A DNA stretch of 64,000 nucleotides, from the NCBI GenBank assembly GCA_964016885.1, contig OZ024742.1:146258001-146322000 (forward strand), written 5' to 3'. Origin of the DNA: Eledone cirrhosa (lineage: Eukaryota). The notes under the pieces are model-generated. The model had not been told where the DNA came from and did no database searches. It saw nothing but the letters and a program-made list of their open reading frames with translations. Positions 62,028 to 64,000 of this stretch are shown piece after piece. Every line of letters begins with the position of its first letter. Position 1 is the stretch's first letter. Position numbers and translations under genes: made by a program.

Positions 62028-62424
62028 AACTTTTTCTTTACAATATTTCTATATTTCTAATGAAGAATTCTGCCTATAATTTTCAAATTATTTCGAAATG
62101 AATAAAAAATTTTTTTAAAGATTTTATAAATAAAAAACTTGCTACTTACTAAATTAATATTTGGAAGATAACAAATATCCTTACATGTTTTTAGATAAAT
62201 ATAAACAATTTCAAAGAAACAGTTTTACATTGGAGAATCGGGGGCAGTTCCAGGTGGAATTAAAACAGTTGATGAGATGTCAGTGTGCTGTCAGTTCTGT
62301 TATTGAAGTATTTGGTTATAATCTGATATTAACAAGCTGGAAGCTGGAAGAACACTTCTCCAGTGTAGCAGGGGAGGATTTCAATTTCATTGAGTGTGTT
62401 ACTTTGAAGAGGACTGCATTGTGG

Positions 62425-62435
62425 AGGTGGTGGTG

Positions 62436-62518
<83 letters not shown>

Positions 62519-62605
62519 TGTTGTTGTAGTAGTTGTAGTGGCTGTAGCAGTAATAAAACTAGTGGTGGGGCAGGTGGTAACGGGGCTGGTGGCTGCTGGT
62601 GGTGA

Positions 62606-62641
<36 letters not shown>

Positions 62642-62642
62642 A
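62425..62642. repeat. Compound (GGT)/(TAT)/(TAG)n microsatellite
   Basis: Directly visible. Confidence 0.9.
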
Positions 62643-62879
62643 GATTAAGTACTTAAGAACCAGATTCTATTCAGCTTTCATTTAAAATGTGCAGAGCAGT
62701 GTTATCAATTCTAAATGACAACCCACTACTCTCACACACACATACATACATGTCTTCTCCTCTACAGATGTTTAATATGTACATACACAAACACACACAC
62801 ACATCATCAGCCTTTAACATCCGTTCTCCCTGCTAGCAATACACACATGCATATATACAAATATATCCACTTATGTATG

Positions 62880-62929
<50 letters not shown>

Positions 62930-64000
62930 CATGTCAGTATGAAAAAGTAAATGTATGATGATGATTTTGTATATATAGATATATATACAAGCAGACAATA
63001 TGTAATCTTTATTTCCATTTCACTTATGGCACCATGCACGAGAGAGAGGGGGATGAGAAATAAGGAAAGAGAAAAAGAGGGCAATAATTGTAGTAAATGT
63101 AAGGTAATGTGGATATATATCCAGGTGGTGCCTAAATCACTACCAATAAACCATTCTCTTCAGAGTGGTCTTCTAACCAATCCGAGGCAGCTGTTTTAGC
63201 TAAAATCAAAATGCTCAGGAAGTATCACAGACATATACACACCAGTTGTTCTTTGATACTTATTATAAATTCTTGCAATGAATTAAACAAAGATGGAAAA
63301 CCATGTTTCTCTACTGTATATATGCAAAAGACTTTCATAACAGTAGCACTACCATTATGGCTTCTGGTCTCTCGCCTAATGTTTCACCATTTGCAGAACA
63401 TCATTGTTGTCATTATTTTTACATCCTTTTCCATGTTGGCATGGATTGGACATTGTGTCACAGTTCAAGCTTTGCTGGGTCAGAAAACCATGTCTTGCTC
63501 ATCGGTCTACATTTTGGCCTGGTTTCTATAGCTGGGTGCCCATCCTAATATCAACAACTTTACAAAGTGTACTGGGTGAATTTTATTATGGCACCAGCAC
63601 TGCCATTTTGCACATACAACCATTCATACATACATGTATACATACCAATATACACACATTAGAATAATACTTTTGTTAGATATGCAGGAGTGGAAGTTAT
63701 TCAAGAGGCAGCAATAAGCATTTCACAAAAAAAAAAATATATATATATATATATAAGAAACATATGTAAATTATCATTAATTCTAATATAATATGGTGCA
63801 AAAATACAATCAATTCAGCCCTCTACACAGATTGTATCTTCAAACCAAATTAATATTAGTATTAATGATAATTTACGCATGTTTCTTATAATATTTTTTT
63901 TAAGTGAAATATTTATTGCTGCCTCTTAAATGACTTCTACTCCTGCATATCTAACTAACAAGTATTATTCTATGGCCCTTGAACGATCTGAGTTCAAATC

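Overview
AT-rich eukaryotic DNA dominated by retroelements and simple repeats. The SINE types, LINE clades and microsatellite load point to a coleoid cephalopod, probably an octopus (inference). No host gene can be called with confidence; only a few candidate exons are visible. Main contents: (1) a full-length Tx1/L1-clade LINE with both ORFs intact (12808-18900), flanked by (TTA)n, plus decayed relatives. (2) Two near full-length but disrupted R4/Dong-clade LINEs in tandem (36.8-45.1 kb), each preceded by a ~0.9 kb leader that is homologous at its 5' end to the Tx1 5' UTR, plus several Dong fragments. (3) RTE LINE fragments, one with a PHD finger inside ORF2, and a CRE-like fragment. (4) Many tRNA-derived SINEs of a CORE type and a Meta-domain type. 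(5) Two non-autonomous Helitrons and several minisatellites. Most interesting observations: a dispersed set of ORF-less, (TA)n-associated, often fold-back elements carrying type I hammerhead ribozymes, one with a complete catalytic core at 21702-21839 (minus); a 3' end shared between the intact Tx1 LINE and the abundant Meta-type SINE; and a possible 53-nt intron that would fuse Tx1 ORF1 and ORF2 in frame.
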